This document shows positions 1-6,684 of a stretch of 36,359 bases of DNA, one piece after another. This DNA comes from Nitrospirota bacterium (GTDB lineage: Bacteria; CG2-30-53-67; CG2-30-70-394): positions 1 to 36,359 of the forward strand of contig JASFUG010000002.1 in assembly GCA_050050395.1 (NCBI GenBank), in the 5' to 3' direction. Under the pieces are notes generated by a model. It was not told where the DNA came from and made no database searches. It saw nothing but the letters and a program-made list of their open reading frames with translations. Each line of letters begins with the position of its first letter. Within the stretch, counting starts at the first letter, position 1. The position numbers were made by a program, and so were the translations under genes.

Positions 1-432
1 TGGGATCTGGATGGCGAAGGTGGAAATCCACCCCACCTCCGTTCCGGTGCGGATCGCATCGGGATCCATCCAGGTTCGGTAGCCGTCGATCTTCGGCGGA
101 CCGCTTTCGGGAGCAGCGCCATAGAGGTTCGCGACCTCGGCCGCATCGCGGGTCTTGCGCACCTCATACTGCTCCACCAGCCAACCGACGCCGTAGCCGA
201 CCGCGCCGCCGACCGCCGCGCCCGCCGCCGCGGCCTTCAAATCGCCACCGGCCACCGCGCCGATCCCCGCACCGACCACGGCACCCATAGCGGCACCCGC
301 ACGCCGATTGTCCGCCGTGACATCGGACTTCGTCGCGCATGAGACGGGCAGCAGCAGCAGCAGCAGCAGCGAGGAGAACAGCGCTACGAACCGCGCTCCG
401 TATCTGTCGAGAGTGGGCATCATCGTCGTCAT
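1..432 (-). CDS. Glycine-zipper lipoprotein (partial; C-terminus runs off the window start)
   Basis: Absent from the supplied ORF track because there is no stop codon inside the window. I checked every triplet: the minus frame is open from the ATG at 432..430 down to nt 1 (144 codons). Translation is MTTMMPTLDRYGARFVALFSSLLLLLLLPVSC-ATKSD.., a signal peptide ending in a lipobox-like Cys. It continues GAAMGAVVGAGIGAVAGG...GAAVGGAVGYGVGW, a glycine-zipper motif. It lies 76 nt downstream of the HEAT gene stop on the same strand. Confidence 0.55.
   Translation of the reverse strand, partial: MTTMMPTLDRYGARFVALFSSLLLLLLLPVSCATKSDVTADNRRAGAAMGAVVGAGIGAVAGGDLKAAAAGAAVGGAVGYGVGWLVEQYEVRKTRDAAEVANLYGAAPESGPPKIDGYRTWMDPDAIRTGTEVGWISTFAIQIP
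349..369. repeat. Trinucleotide repeat: (CAG)7 on plus, (CTG)7 on minus
   Basis: Seven perfect CAG units read directly from the sequence. They encode the Leu7 run in the h-region of the lipoprotein signal peptide. Confidence 0.9.
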
Positions 433-508
433 GGCGTGCCGTGCCGCACTTTCGCACGGGGAATTTCGTGGTGGATTGCACATCCGGAGCGGTGCGGCGC
501 TGGACAAG

Positions 509-1447
509 CTATCTGAGGGCGGCCCGTGCCTGATCGAGCTCCGCCTGGGTGTAACGCTTCACGACCTCCACCTTGAACGGGAACGGATGATCGAGCAGCT
601 CATCTAGCGAGTTCACCGCCACGTCGCAGACCCGGATCCAGAACGGTCCGTGCGACGGACCGACGTTCTTCGCGTCCCGCAGGTCTTCGAGCAATGGAAC
701 GATCTCCTGCGCCAACGTGCGATCGTTCAAATAGGGCAGATCCTCCAGGGCCGCGACGCGTAGGGGCGGGTCATTCTGGATGAGTCGGTCCAGATACGCC
801 TGTCGATGCTCTGCGTCGCCCAGCCGGGCGAGGGCGAGCGACATCGCGTGCTTCGCATCCGGGTACCCCTCGCGGGCAAACTGTATGCGAAGCGGTTCGA
901 TTGCCGCCTTGTCACCCAGAGTACCGAGCGCGAGTGCAACCTGCTCTCGGACGTAGTCGTCGTCGTGATGCTGGAGCCGCTCCACGAGGGCCGGCACATC
1001 CGCGCCCGTACAGTGGTGGCGTACGCTCCGGGCGGCGATGCCCCGAACCATCTGGTTTTCGTCGTCGAGCGCCCGGAAGAGGCTCGCCTTGACCTCCGAT
1101 CCGCCCATGCGGTCGAGGAGCGAAACGGCCAGCTCACGGACTTCTGGATCGGCGTGTTCCAGCATCCCGATGACCTCGCTCGCCTGTTCCGATGATGGCG
1201 GGCGTTCCAGCAAGTCCCAGTCCTTGGCTTCGATCTGGTGAGCGATGGCGTGCGTATTCATGGGGTTGCCTTTCTCATGGCCTGCAACCGCGGCACCGGA
1301 TGCCGCCGCCTCCACCGGCGCGTCGCTGCCCACGGCCGGGCTTCCACAAAGGACCACCCCCACGACCAGCGGGGTCACGCCGACGGCCAGGGCGAAACGC
1401 GATCCGCGGCCATGGGTTCTGAGAGGTACGACGTGCGGCCATGACAT
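509..1447 (-). CDS. HEAT-repeat (PBS-lyase-like) protein with N-terminal signal peptide; candidate periplasmic immunity protein
   Basis: Part of ORF 509..1720. I chose the internal ATG at 1447 (cat at 1445-1447), which gives MSWPHVVPLRTHGRGSRFALAVGVTPLVVGVVLCGSPAVG.., a signal-peptide-like N-terminus. The longer upstream extension is Arg-rich junk that overlaps the preceding gene. The body has repeated D..VR..AA.aLg..G motifs (PEVRELAVSLLDRMG, ENQMVRGIAARSV, DYVREQVALALGTLGD, PPLRVAALEDL). The start codon is uncertain; an alternative is MNTHAIAH.., which has no signal peptide. Confidence 0.7.
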   Translation of the reverse strand: MSWPHVVPLRTHGRGSRFALAVGVTPLVVGVVLCGSPAVGSDAPVEAAASGAAVAGHEKGNPMNTHAIAHQIEAKDWDLLERPPSSEQASEVIGMLEHADPEVRELAVSLLDRMGGSEVKASLFRALDDENQMVRGIAARSVRHHCTGADVPALVERLQHHDDDYVREQVALALGTLGDKAAIEPLRIQFAREGYPDAKHAMSLALARLGDAEHRQAYLDRLIQNDPPLRVAALEDLPYLNDRTLAQEIVPLLEDLRDAKNVGPSHGPFWIRVCDVAVNSLDELLDHPFPFKVEVVKRYTQAELDQARAALR

Positions 1448-1461
1448 TGCACATGTTCCCG

Positions 1462-2595
1462 TCAATACGGATTCAACGATCGCCGCCGCGCACGACCGGC
1501 TTCGCCGTCGGTACCACTGACCGCAGCCGGCATGTCTTTGACGGTGATCTTTGCGCCTCGCGTCGTTGCCCCGTAGCCGACGTTGTCGCGGTGGGCGATC
1601 CCGGTCGCGGTGTACGGGCTGGGAGACCACATCAGCCGTCGGCGAGCCCACATATCCTGGTGCGCGGCGCCCGGAGCGACTGCATCTTGCCCATGTCCCG
1701 GATTGTCCAAGTAGTGGCACAGCTCGTGCGCCACGGAGTTATCCGTGGCGTTATCGGCGCTCACGATGCCGTAGCCGTTGGGTCTGGCGTTGGTGTTGTC
1801 GAATGTCAGTCCGAAGACCTCGTTCGCCGCGTGGACGAAGTAAACATTGATGTGATTCGCCCTCGGACGCGCGTTGATGATCGTCGAGAACTCCCGCCAG
1901 TCCTGTGGGGAATTCGTGTGCCCGGGGTCCGAGGCGCTCATCGTGGTGGTCATCTGGCCAGCCACGGCGAACGGCGTGACCCCGTCCCTCAGCACGTTGA
2001 GATTCTCGGATCGCGTCTGTGCGGCATTGTAGATGAACTCGATGCCCAGCGGTCGCCAGATGATGTTGATGTTCCGGAACGTCGCGACGAGTGATGCTGC
2101 AGTGCGAGCCGTGGCGACACCTCGGATCGTCACCAGGTGCGCGGTGACTCGAAGACGGCGCAGCTGGAAGATATGCGGCTCCAGCTCGCCGAGCACGGGC
2201 CCGGTCGTGCTACCCAGACGGACCTGGATCGACACCGGCCTGTTCGCATAGTCACGCACGCCCTTGATGCTGAAGATCCCGTCGTTCGGGATCGGGCCGC
2301 CTCCCGCAGGGGCGACGACCTCGGCACATTGCGTATCCGTACTGGTCGCGAAGAGTGGTGCCGCGGCGTCGATGTCCTCGCGTAGCACCTTGACCCGGAC
2401 CGTATCGCCCTCGGTGATGCTGACCATGGCGCCACGCGCCGGGGAGTTCCCCCAGGTCCCGGGCCGCGCGCCCATGGCGAAGCCCCGGTCATCCACCTCG
2501 GGCGCGTCGATCACGGGCGGCCCCGTCACCGCCCGCGTAAACCGCAAAGGGCAGATGATCTGGCGGTCGTGCCGGACCTTCACCTTGACGGCCAT
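1462..2595 (-). CDS. HExxH zincin-like (metzincin-like) metallopeptidase, no signal peptide; candidate T6SS cargo effector
   Basis: 377-aa ORF with ATG at 2595, preceded by GAGGGAG about 8 nt upstream. HELCH is at aa 290-294 (nt 1714..1728; revcomp reads cacgagctgtgccac). Another His follows in HELCHYLDNPGH, and a possible Met-turn (RRRLMWSP) lies about 25 aa further on. The N-terminal half is beta-rich. It is the fourth gene after vgrG in a tightly spaced operon. Confidence 0.75.
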   Translation of the reverse strand: MAVKVKVRHDRQIICPLRFTRAVTGPPVIDAPEVDDRGFAMGARPGTWGNSPARGAMVSITEGDTVRVKVLREDIDAAAPLFATSTDTQCAEVVAPAGGGPIPNDGIFSIKGVRDYANRPVSIQVRLGSTTGPVLGELEPHIFQLRRLRVTAHLVTIRGVATARTAASLVATFRNINIIWRPLGIEFIYNAAQTRSENLNVLRDGVTPFAVAGQMTTTMSASDPGHTNSPQDWREFSTIINARPRANHINVYFVHAANEVFGLTFDNTNARPNGYGIVSADNATDNSVAHELCHYLDNPGHGQDAVAPGAAHQDMWARRRLMWSPSPYTATGIAHRDNVGYGATTRGAKITVKDMPAAVSGTDGEAGRARRRSLNPY

Positions 2596-2621
2596 TGTCT
2601 AAGCTCCCTCTCGCACCCAAC

Positions 2622-3140
2622 CTACGCGCCGGCGCGGTTCGTCATCTGATTCTGTACGGCGGCGTTGATCACCGCATCGTTGTAGAGCGACTCGTCGGTC
2701 TGAAAATCCAACACGGAGCGTTCGAACTCCATGACGTCGGGTGTGTTGTCGACGCCGTTGCCGTCGGGACCGCCGTGCCCGATCTGGTAACCCAACAGAC
2801 GCAATCGCTGTTTCTGCCCGCGTAGATCGGCCACCGGCGCCAGCGCGGCCGCCGAAAAACGCACCTCGTACTCGGCGACGCGATTCCCGCCGTGTAACAG
2901 CTCGAGGGTCGAGACGCCTCCGCGAATGGGCATGTTAATTCGCCCATCGTTTCCCGTGACGCCTCTCTGGATCACGAATCCCTGTGCACGGACCTGATAG
3001 TGGAGCCCCGCGACGGTCCGGTCTCCGCCGTTGTCGTTTCCCGGAGACCGTTGGAAGAAGATGTCCACCGTGCGGACGTTGAGCACGTTGTGAAGCACCG
3101 AGTTCGCAACCTGCCGTGCGATGGTTTCGAGGTCGCTCAT
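2622..3140 (-). CDS. Small beta-sandwich plus putative peptidoglycan-binding (PG_binding_1-like) domain protein
   Basis: 172-aa ORF whose ATG at 3140 overlaps the upstream stop (ATGA). The C-terminal part (LRGQKQRLRLLGYQIG...VDNTPDVMEFERSVLDFQTDESL) resembles the three-helix PG-binding repeat. The middle contains QRGVTGNDGRINMPI, a TxxDGxI beta-sandwich signature. Confidence 0.7.
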   Translation of the reverse strand: MSDLETIARQVANSVLHNVLNVRTVDIFFQRSPGNDNGGDRTVAGLHYQVRAQGFVIQRGVTGNDGRINMPIRGGVSTLELLHGGNRVAEYEVRFSAAALAPVADLRGQKQRLRLLGYQIGHGGPDGNGVDNTPDVMEFERSVLDFQTDESLYNDAVINAAVQNQMTNRAGA

Positions 3141-3751
3141 TGTCCAAACGCCTCCTTGAGCTTGTTCTTCGTGGGCTCGTCCAGTTGACCTGTGGGTTCG
3201 AGGCCTTCCGCTTCCTGAAACTCGCGCAGGAGGTCGCCAAGCTCGAGGCTGTCATCGTAACCCAGGCCTCGCAATCGCCCACGAACCCCCGTCTCGGTGT
3301 CTACTGGATCCAAGGTGCCGAGTCGAAGCGGATAAATCTCCTCGACATCGCCGTCGGTGATCGTCAGCTCACCCTGCTGCGCACCAGGAGGGATCGGCAC
3401 CTCAATCCTGCCATCGCCGTCCGTCGTGCCTTCTGTAGTCGTGCCATCGACCGTCAACACGAACCGCACGTTCGCGCGCGGCTCATCGTCTCGTTTGATC
3501 TGTAAACGCAACATCGCCGGCACACCCTTGCGCCGGAAGCGGTGACGCTGTTCGGAGCCGCCGGTCTCCTCCTTGCCACGCTTATCCGGGACGATAACGA
3601 CGTCGCCGGGGGCGAGGACGCTTGCATCACCGCGCTTCTCCTTCAGCTTGGCGTTGGCGGGGTCATCCCAGATCGTACCTGGGAACAGGCCATATTTCGC
3701 TGCGATGCTGGAGAGGCACTCGCCCTGTTTGACCTTATGCTCCGTGGCCAT
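3137..3751 (-). CDS. LysM domain plus beta-sandwich plus PG_binding_1-like domain protein
   Basis: The ORF track starts at GTG 3766. I prefer ATG at 3751..3749, which overlaps the vgrG stop as TGATG. The N-terminus HKVKQGECLSSIAAKYGLFPGTIWDDPANAKL...LAPGDVVIVP is LysM-like. The centre contains EGTTDGDGRIEVPIPPG. The C-terminus VRGRLRGLGYDDS...LLREFQEAEGLEPTGQLDEPTKNKL is PG-binding-like. Confidence 0.8.
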   Translation of the reverse strand: MATEHKVKQGECLSSIAAKYGLFPGTIWDDPANAKLKEKRGDASVLAPGDVVIVPDKRGKEETGGSEQRHRFRRKGVPAMLRLQIKRDDEPRANVRFVLTVDGTTTEGTTDGDGRIEVPIPPGAQQGELTITDGDVEEIYPLRLGTLDPVDTETGVRGRLRGLGYDDSLELGDLLREFQEAEGLEPTGQLDEPTKNKLKEAFGQ

Positions 3752-6069
3752 CACGCCTTCTCCCACGCTTCCTTGTCGAGGTCGGGGAAGGTGATCTTGC
3801 AGTTGGCGCCCTTCTCCACGCCGGTGACCTTGAGCACGCCGTCGGGACCGGTGCGGCCCGTGTAGACCTTGCCGTCGGGCATCGTCACCATGACCTTCTC
3901 CCCGGCCACCGGCTGATCGGCCTCGTCAATCAGCTCGACCTCGAGCCACGACTTCTCCTCCTCGTCCTCGGCGGCATCCTTGTGGGTCGGGGCGTCGAGG
4001 GCCTTGGCCACGATGGGGTCCATCTCCGTCTTCTGCTTGCTGTAGGTCAGGCCCTTGCCGGTGACCACCGTCGCGGCGACGGCGGCCTCCAGCGGTGCGG
4101 CCGCCGCGACCGCCTTGCCCATCTTGCCGGAGCCGGCGGAGCCGCCGCTGTTGAGCTTGAGCATCGGGCCACTGATGGTGACGCCACTGGAGTCGACCTT
4201 GAGGAACGACCCACCCACCTTGATGGTCAGCTCCTTCATCCCCTCGATGACCAGGCCCATGGCCTTAATGAAGAGGTCGCTGCCCACCTCCTGGCTGTAG
4301 TTCTTCTTGTACGCCTCGATGACGTCGCCCTTGACGGTGAGCGAACGGCTCTCGCCGATCTCGATGGACTGCTTCTTGGCCACCTTCAACGACTGGTCCC
4401 GGGAGATCTCGGTGACCTGATCGCGCGCCACCATGGAGTGCTCGTCGCGCTCCACCTTCTGGACCTTGTCGCGCGCCACCACGAGATGGCGGTCGTTGCC
4501 GATGTGCTCCCGGCGATCGTTCTTGACCCGGAGGTCGAGGTCCTTCTCGGCGTGGAGCAGGAGCTGCTCGTCGCCCTTCTTGTCCTCGAAGGAGATCTCG
4601 TTGGAGCCGCCACCGCCCTTCGAGCTGTCGGTCTTGATCACGCTGCGGGTCTTGTTGTCCGGCAGCTTGTAGGGCGGCACCTGGTCGGCGTTGTAGACGC
4701 TGCCGGTGATCAGGGGGCGATCCGGGTCGCCCTCCTCGAAGGCCACCACGACCTCCTGCCCGACCCGCGGCAGGAACAGGCAGCCGTAGCCGCTGCCGGC
4801 ATGGGCCTGGGCGACGCGCACCCAGCACGACGCCTTGTCGTCGTTGATCCCCGCCCGGTCCCAGTGGAACTGCACCTTGACCCGGCCGTGCTCGTCGGTG
4901 TGGATCTCCTCGCCAGAGGGCCCGACCACCCGTGCCGTCTGGGTCCCGGGGATCATCGGCCGCGGCGTCACCCGCTGCGGGCGAAAGGACAGGCTCGCCG
5001 GGATGCATTCGATATCGTTCTCGTAGATCTGCTGGCCGCCCTCGGTACCTGTCGCCTCCGCTCCGACCGCCTGCGGCTGAAAGCCGTAGTGCTGCACGGC
5101 GGTGATCAGGTAGGACTGGTTGAAGCTCGACCGCTCGTGGCCATCGAGGGTGAACTTGTAGCCACTCACCAGCCGCCGGCAGTCGCTGTGGGCGGTCATC
5201 ACGTCGGCCGGCACGGCGCCCTCTTCCCTGCGCCGTTTGGCAAGCTCGGTACCAACGTCCTTTTCCCGGTAGCCACCGGGATAATCGAAAACCTGGAGCT
5301 CCTTCCACTTGTCACCGTCGGCGCTCGCCGTCAGATCAAGGGAGGGCTTGGTGAAGTTGTAGTCGCGGAGCTGGCTTGCGCCGGATCGGATCTCCTGCGT
5401 CACCTGGCACGCCTGGATGAACTCCTCGGTGGTGGTCCCAAATCCCTCGTCGTTGAGCAGCACGGTGGTCGGCTTGACGATATCGGTGTGGGCGTCCGGG
5501 CTATCACCGAACACAGCCACGTGGCCGGTTTCCTTGTGCTCGAAGAAGTAGCAGATCCCTTCCTCCTCGAGGAGGTAGGCGATGAAGTCCATGTCGCTCT
5601 GCCGGTACTGGACGCAGTACTCGCGTGGCTTGTAGGTCCCCTTCAATGAGAAGCGATAGCTATCGCTGGGGACCTGGGCCTCCTCAAGCACCGCCTTGAC
5701 GATGTCCGGCACCGACTTCTCCTGGAAGATGCGGAAGTTCTGGCGCTGAGTCAGGAGCCAGAGCGCCGGTACCAGGGTCGCGCGGTAGCGGGTGTAGTCG
5801 GTGCCCCGGCCGGCCTGCTCAAAACGCGACACGATGCCGCTCACGTGACGCGGCTCGGGGTTGCCCTGGATGGTGAGCAGGGCCGCCTCGCCCAACACCT
5901 TGGCGAAATCGATCTCGCCGTCGGTGCTGGCGAGGTCCAGGGTGAACTGGAAGAGTTGCGAGATCCCCTCCGTGCCGTTGAACTGCACGACCTTCAGGAC
6001 AGTGTCATCCAGAGCTCCGACCCGAAAGGTCAGGTCGGCCTCGGCTGCGCGATTGCGTATGACGGCCAT
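3751..6069 (-). CDS. vgrG: T6SS spike protein VgrG (TssI) with a roughly 70-aa C-terminal beta-sandwich (TTR-like) extension
   Basis: 772 aa. The N-terminus ...LKVVQFNGTEGISQLFQFTLDLAS... and the gp27/gp5-like core (GRVKVQFHWDR, RVAQAHAGSGYGCLFLPRVGQEVVVAFEEGDPDRPLITGSVYN) are classic VgrG. GAGGAG lies upstream of ATG 6069. The C-terminal tail contains MPDGKVYTGRTGPDGVLKVTGV. Confidence 0.95.
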   Translation of the reverse strand: MAVIRNRAAEADLTFRVGALDDTVLKVVQFNGTEGISQLFQFTLDLASTDGEIDFAKVLGEAALLTIQGNPEPRHVSGIVSRFEQAGRGTDYTRYRATLVPALWLLTQRQNFRIFQEKSVPDIVKAVLEEAQVPSDSYRFSLKGTYKPREYCVQYRQSDMDFIAYLLEEEGICYFFEHKETGHVAVFGDSPDAHTDIVKPTTVLLNDEGFGTTTEEFIQACQVTQEIRSGASQLRDYNFTKPSLDLTASADGDKWKELQVFDYPGGYREKDVGTELAKRRREEGAVPADVMTAHSDCRRLVSGYKFTLDGHERSSFNQSYLITAVQHYGFQPQAVGAEATGTEGGQQIYENDIECIPASLSFRPQRVTPRPMIPGTQTARVVGPSGEEIHTDEHGRVKVQFHWDRAGINDDKASCWVRVAQAHAGSGYGCLFLPRVGQEVVVAFEEGDPDRPLITGSVYNADQVPPYKLPDNKTRSVIKTDSSKGGGGSNEISFEDKKGDEQLLLHAEKDLDLRVKNDRREHIGNDRHLVVARDKVQKVERDEHSMVARDQVTEISRDQSLKVAKKQSIEIGESRSLTVKGDVIEAYKKNYSQEVGSDLFIKAMGLVIEGMKELTIKVGGSFLKVDSSGVTISGPMLKLNSGGSAGSGKMGKAVAAAAPLEAAVAATVVTGKGLTYSKQKTEMDPIVAKALDAPTHKDAAEDEEEKSWLEVELIDEADQPVAGEKVMVTMPDGKVYTGRTGPDGVLKVTGVEKGANCKITFPDLDKEAWEKA

Positions 6070-6088
6070 GGTCTCCTCGGGTTACTCG

Positions 6089-6481
6089 CTATAAGGCCGG
6101 GCGCGATGGACTGGCCATCATCGTGTGCACCGGCACGTCCACTCTCACGACCTCACTGACGACGTGCTGATCGTCAAAACGCAGCAGCAGCGCCCGCTCC
6201 AGCCCCGCGGCGACGAGGCCGTGGCGCAGCCCCGATTCTTCGACGAGCCCGCGGCAAACTCGCACCAGGATCGATCCGTGACAGACGATCGTGGCCCTCA
6301 CGGGACCCGTGCCGCGGATACCGGCAGCGCGCCGACAGGAGATGAGACGCTCCTCGCAAAGGATCATCAGCGCGTCGCGATACACCGCCTCGGGCCAGCC
6401 CGCACCCAACAACCGATGCACCTCGTGAGCGAGCTGCAAGATCTCGCGCGTCCTTTGATCGGTGGGGGAAGTCTCGGTCAC
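6089..6481 (-). CDS. GxxExxY-family (PD-(D/E)XK-like) small protein, apparently degenerate or relic
   Basis: Inside ORF 6089..6679. The translation ...REILQLAHEVHRLLGAGWPEAVYRDALMILCEER... contains the literal G-W-P-E-A-V-Y (GxxExxY) signature in its usual context. The region where the family normally has a D...ExK core reads ILVRVCRG and is shorter than usual. I chose GTG at 6481 because a sigma54 promoter sits inside the longer ORF. This could be a non-functional remnant within the vgrG leader. Confidence 0.4.
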   Translation of the reverse strand: MTETSPTDQRTREILQLAHEVHRLLGAGWPEAVYRDALMILCEERLISCRRAAGIRGTGPVRATIVCHGSILVRVCRGLVEESGLRHGLVAAGLERALLLRFDDQHVVSEVVRVDVPVHTMMASPSRPAL

Positions 6482-6528
6482 AGCAATCGCCTCGATCGGG
6501 TGTGGCAAAGAGTGCTCACCCCGCCAAA

Positions 6529-6544
6529 AGCAATGGCCGTGCCA
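6529..6544 (-). promoter_or_regulatory. Sigma54 (-24/-12) promoter for the GxxExxY-vgrG-cargo operon
   Basis: The minus strand reads TGGCAC-GGCCA-TTGCT, a match to the TGGCAC-N5-TTGCW consensus at every specified position. It lies about 48 nt upstream of GTG 6481 and about 460 nt upstream of the vgrG ATG. Confidence 0.6.
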
Positions 6545-6631
6545 CCCTGCCGTCAAAGGCAAAGCCGTGTAACGACAAGCACCTCCGCGCTGGACGCCGT
6601 GCGGTCGCCACGACACGGCTCCTTCGCACTT

Positions 6632-6642
6632 CTCCGGAATCC
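6632..6642 (-). promoter_or_regulatory. Candidate upstream activator site (GGATTCCGGAG on minus; core palindrome CCGGA-A-TCCGG at 6634..6644)
   Basis: An identical 11-mer recurs at 13560..13570. In both places it lies about 87-95 nt upstream of a sigma54 -24 element. Confidence 0.3.
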
Positions 6643-6684
6643 GGAACGCCGCTCCGGTTTGGCAATCCGCCAACCTCACCCCAC

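Noticed and set aside
164-607. ORFs 164..481 (-), 308..607 (+) and 339..533 (+)
   Set aside because: They are poly-Ala/Arg/Gly/Ser translations of the same DNA that, in the third minus frame, encodes a coherent signal peptide plus glycine-zipper lipoprotein.
3982-5649. 555-aa plus-strand ORF
   Set aside because: It is antisense to vgrG and rich in Leu, Gly, Ala, Arg and Asp with no recognisable motif, which is typical of open antisense frames in high-GC DNA. The opposite strand encodes an unmistakable VgrG.
6482-6679. N-terminal 66 aa of ORF 6089..6679
   Set aside because: This extension contains the sigma54 -24/-12 element (6529..6544) and has no family resemblance. The GxxExxY-like part starts after it.
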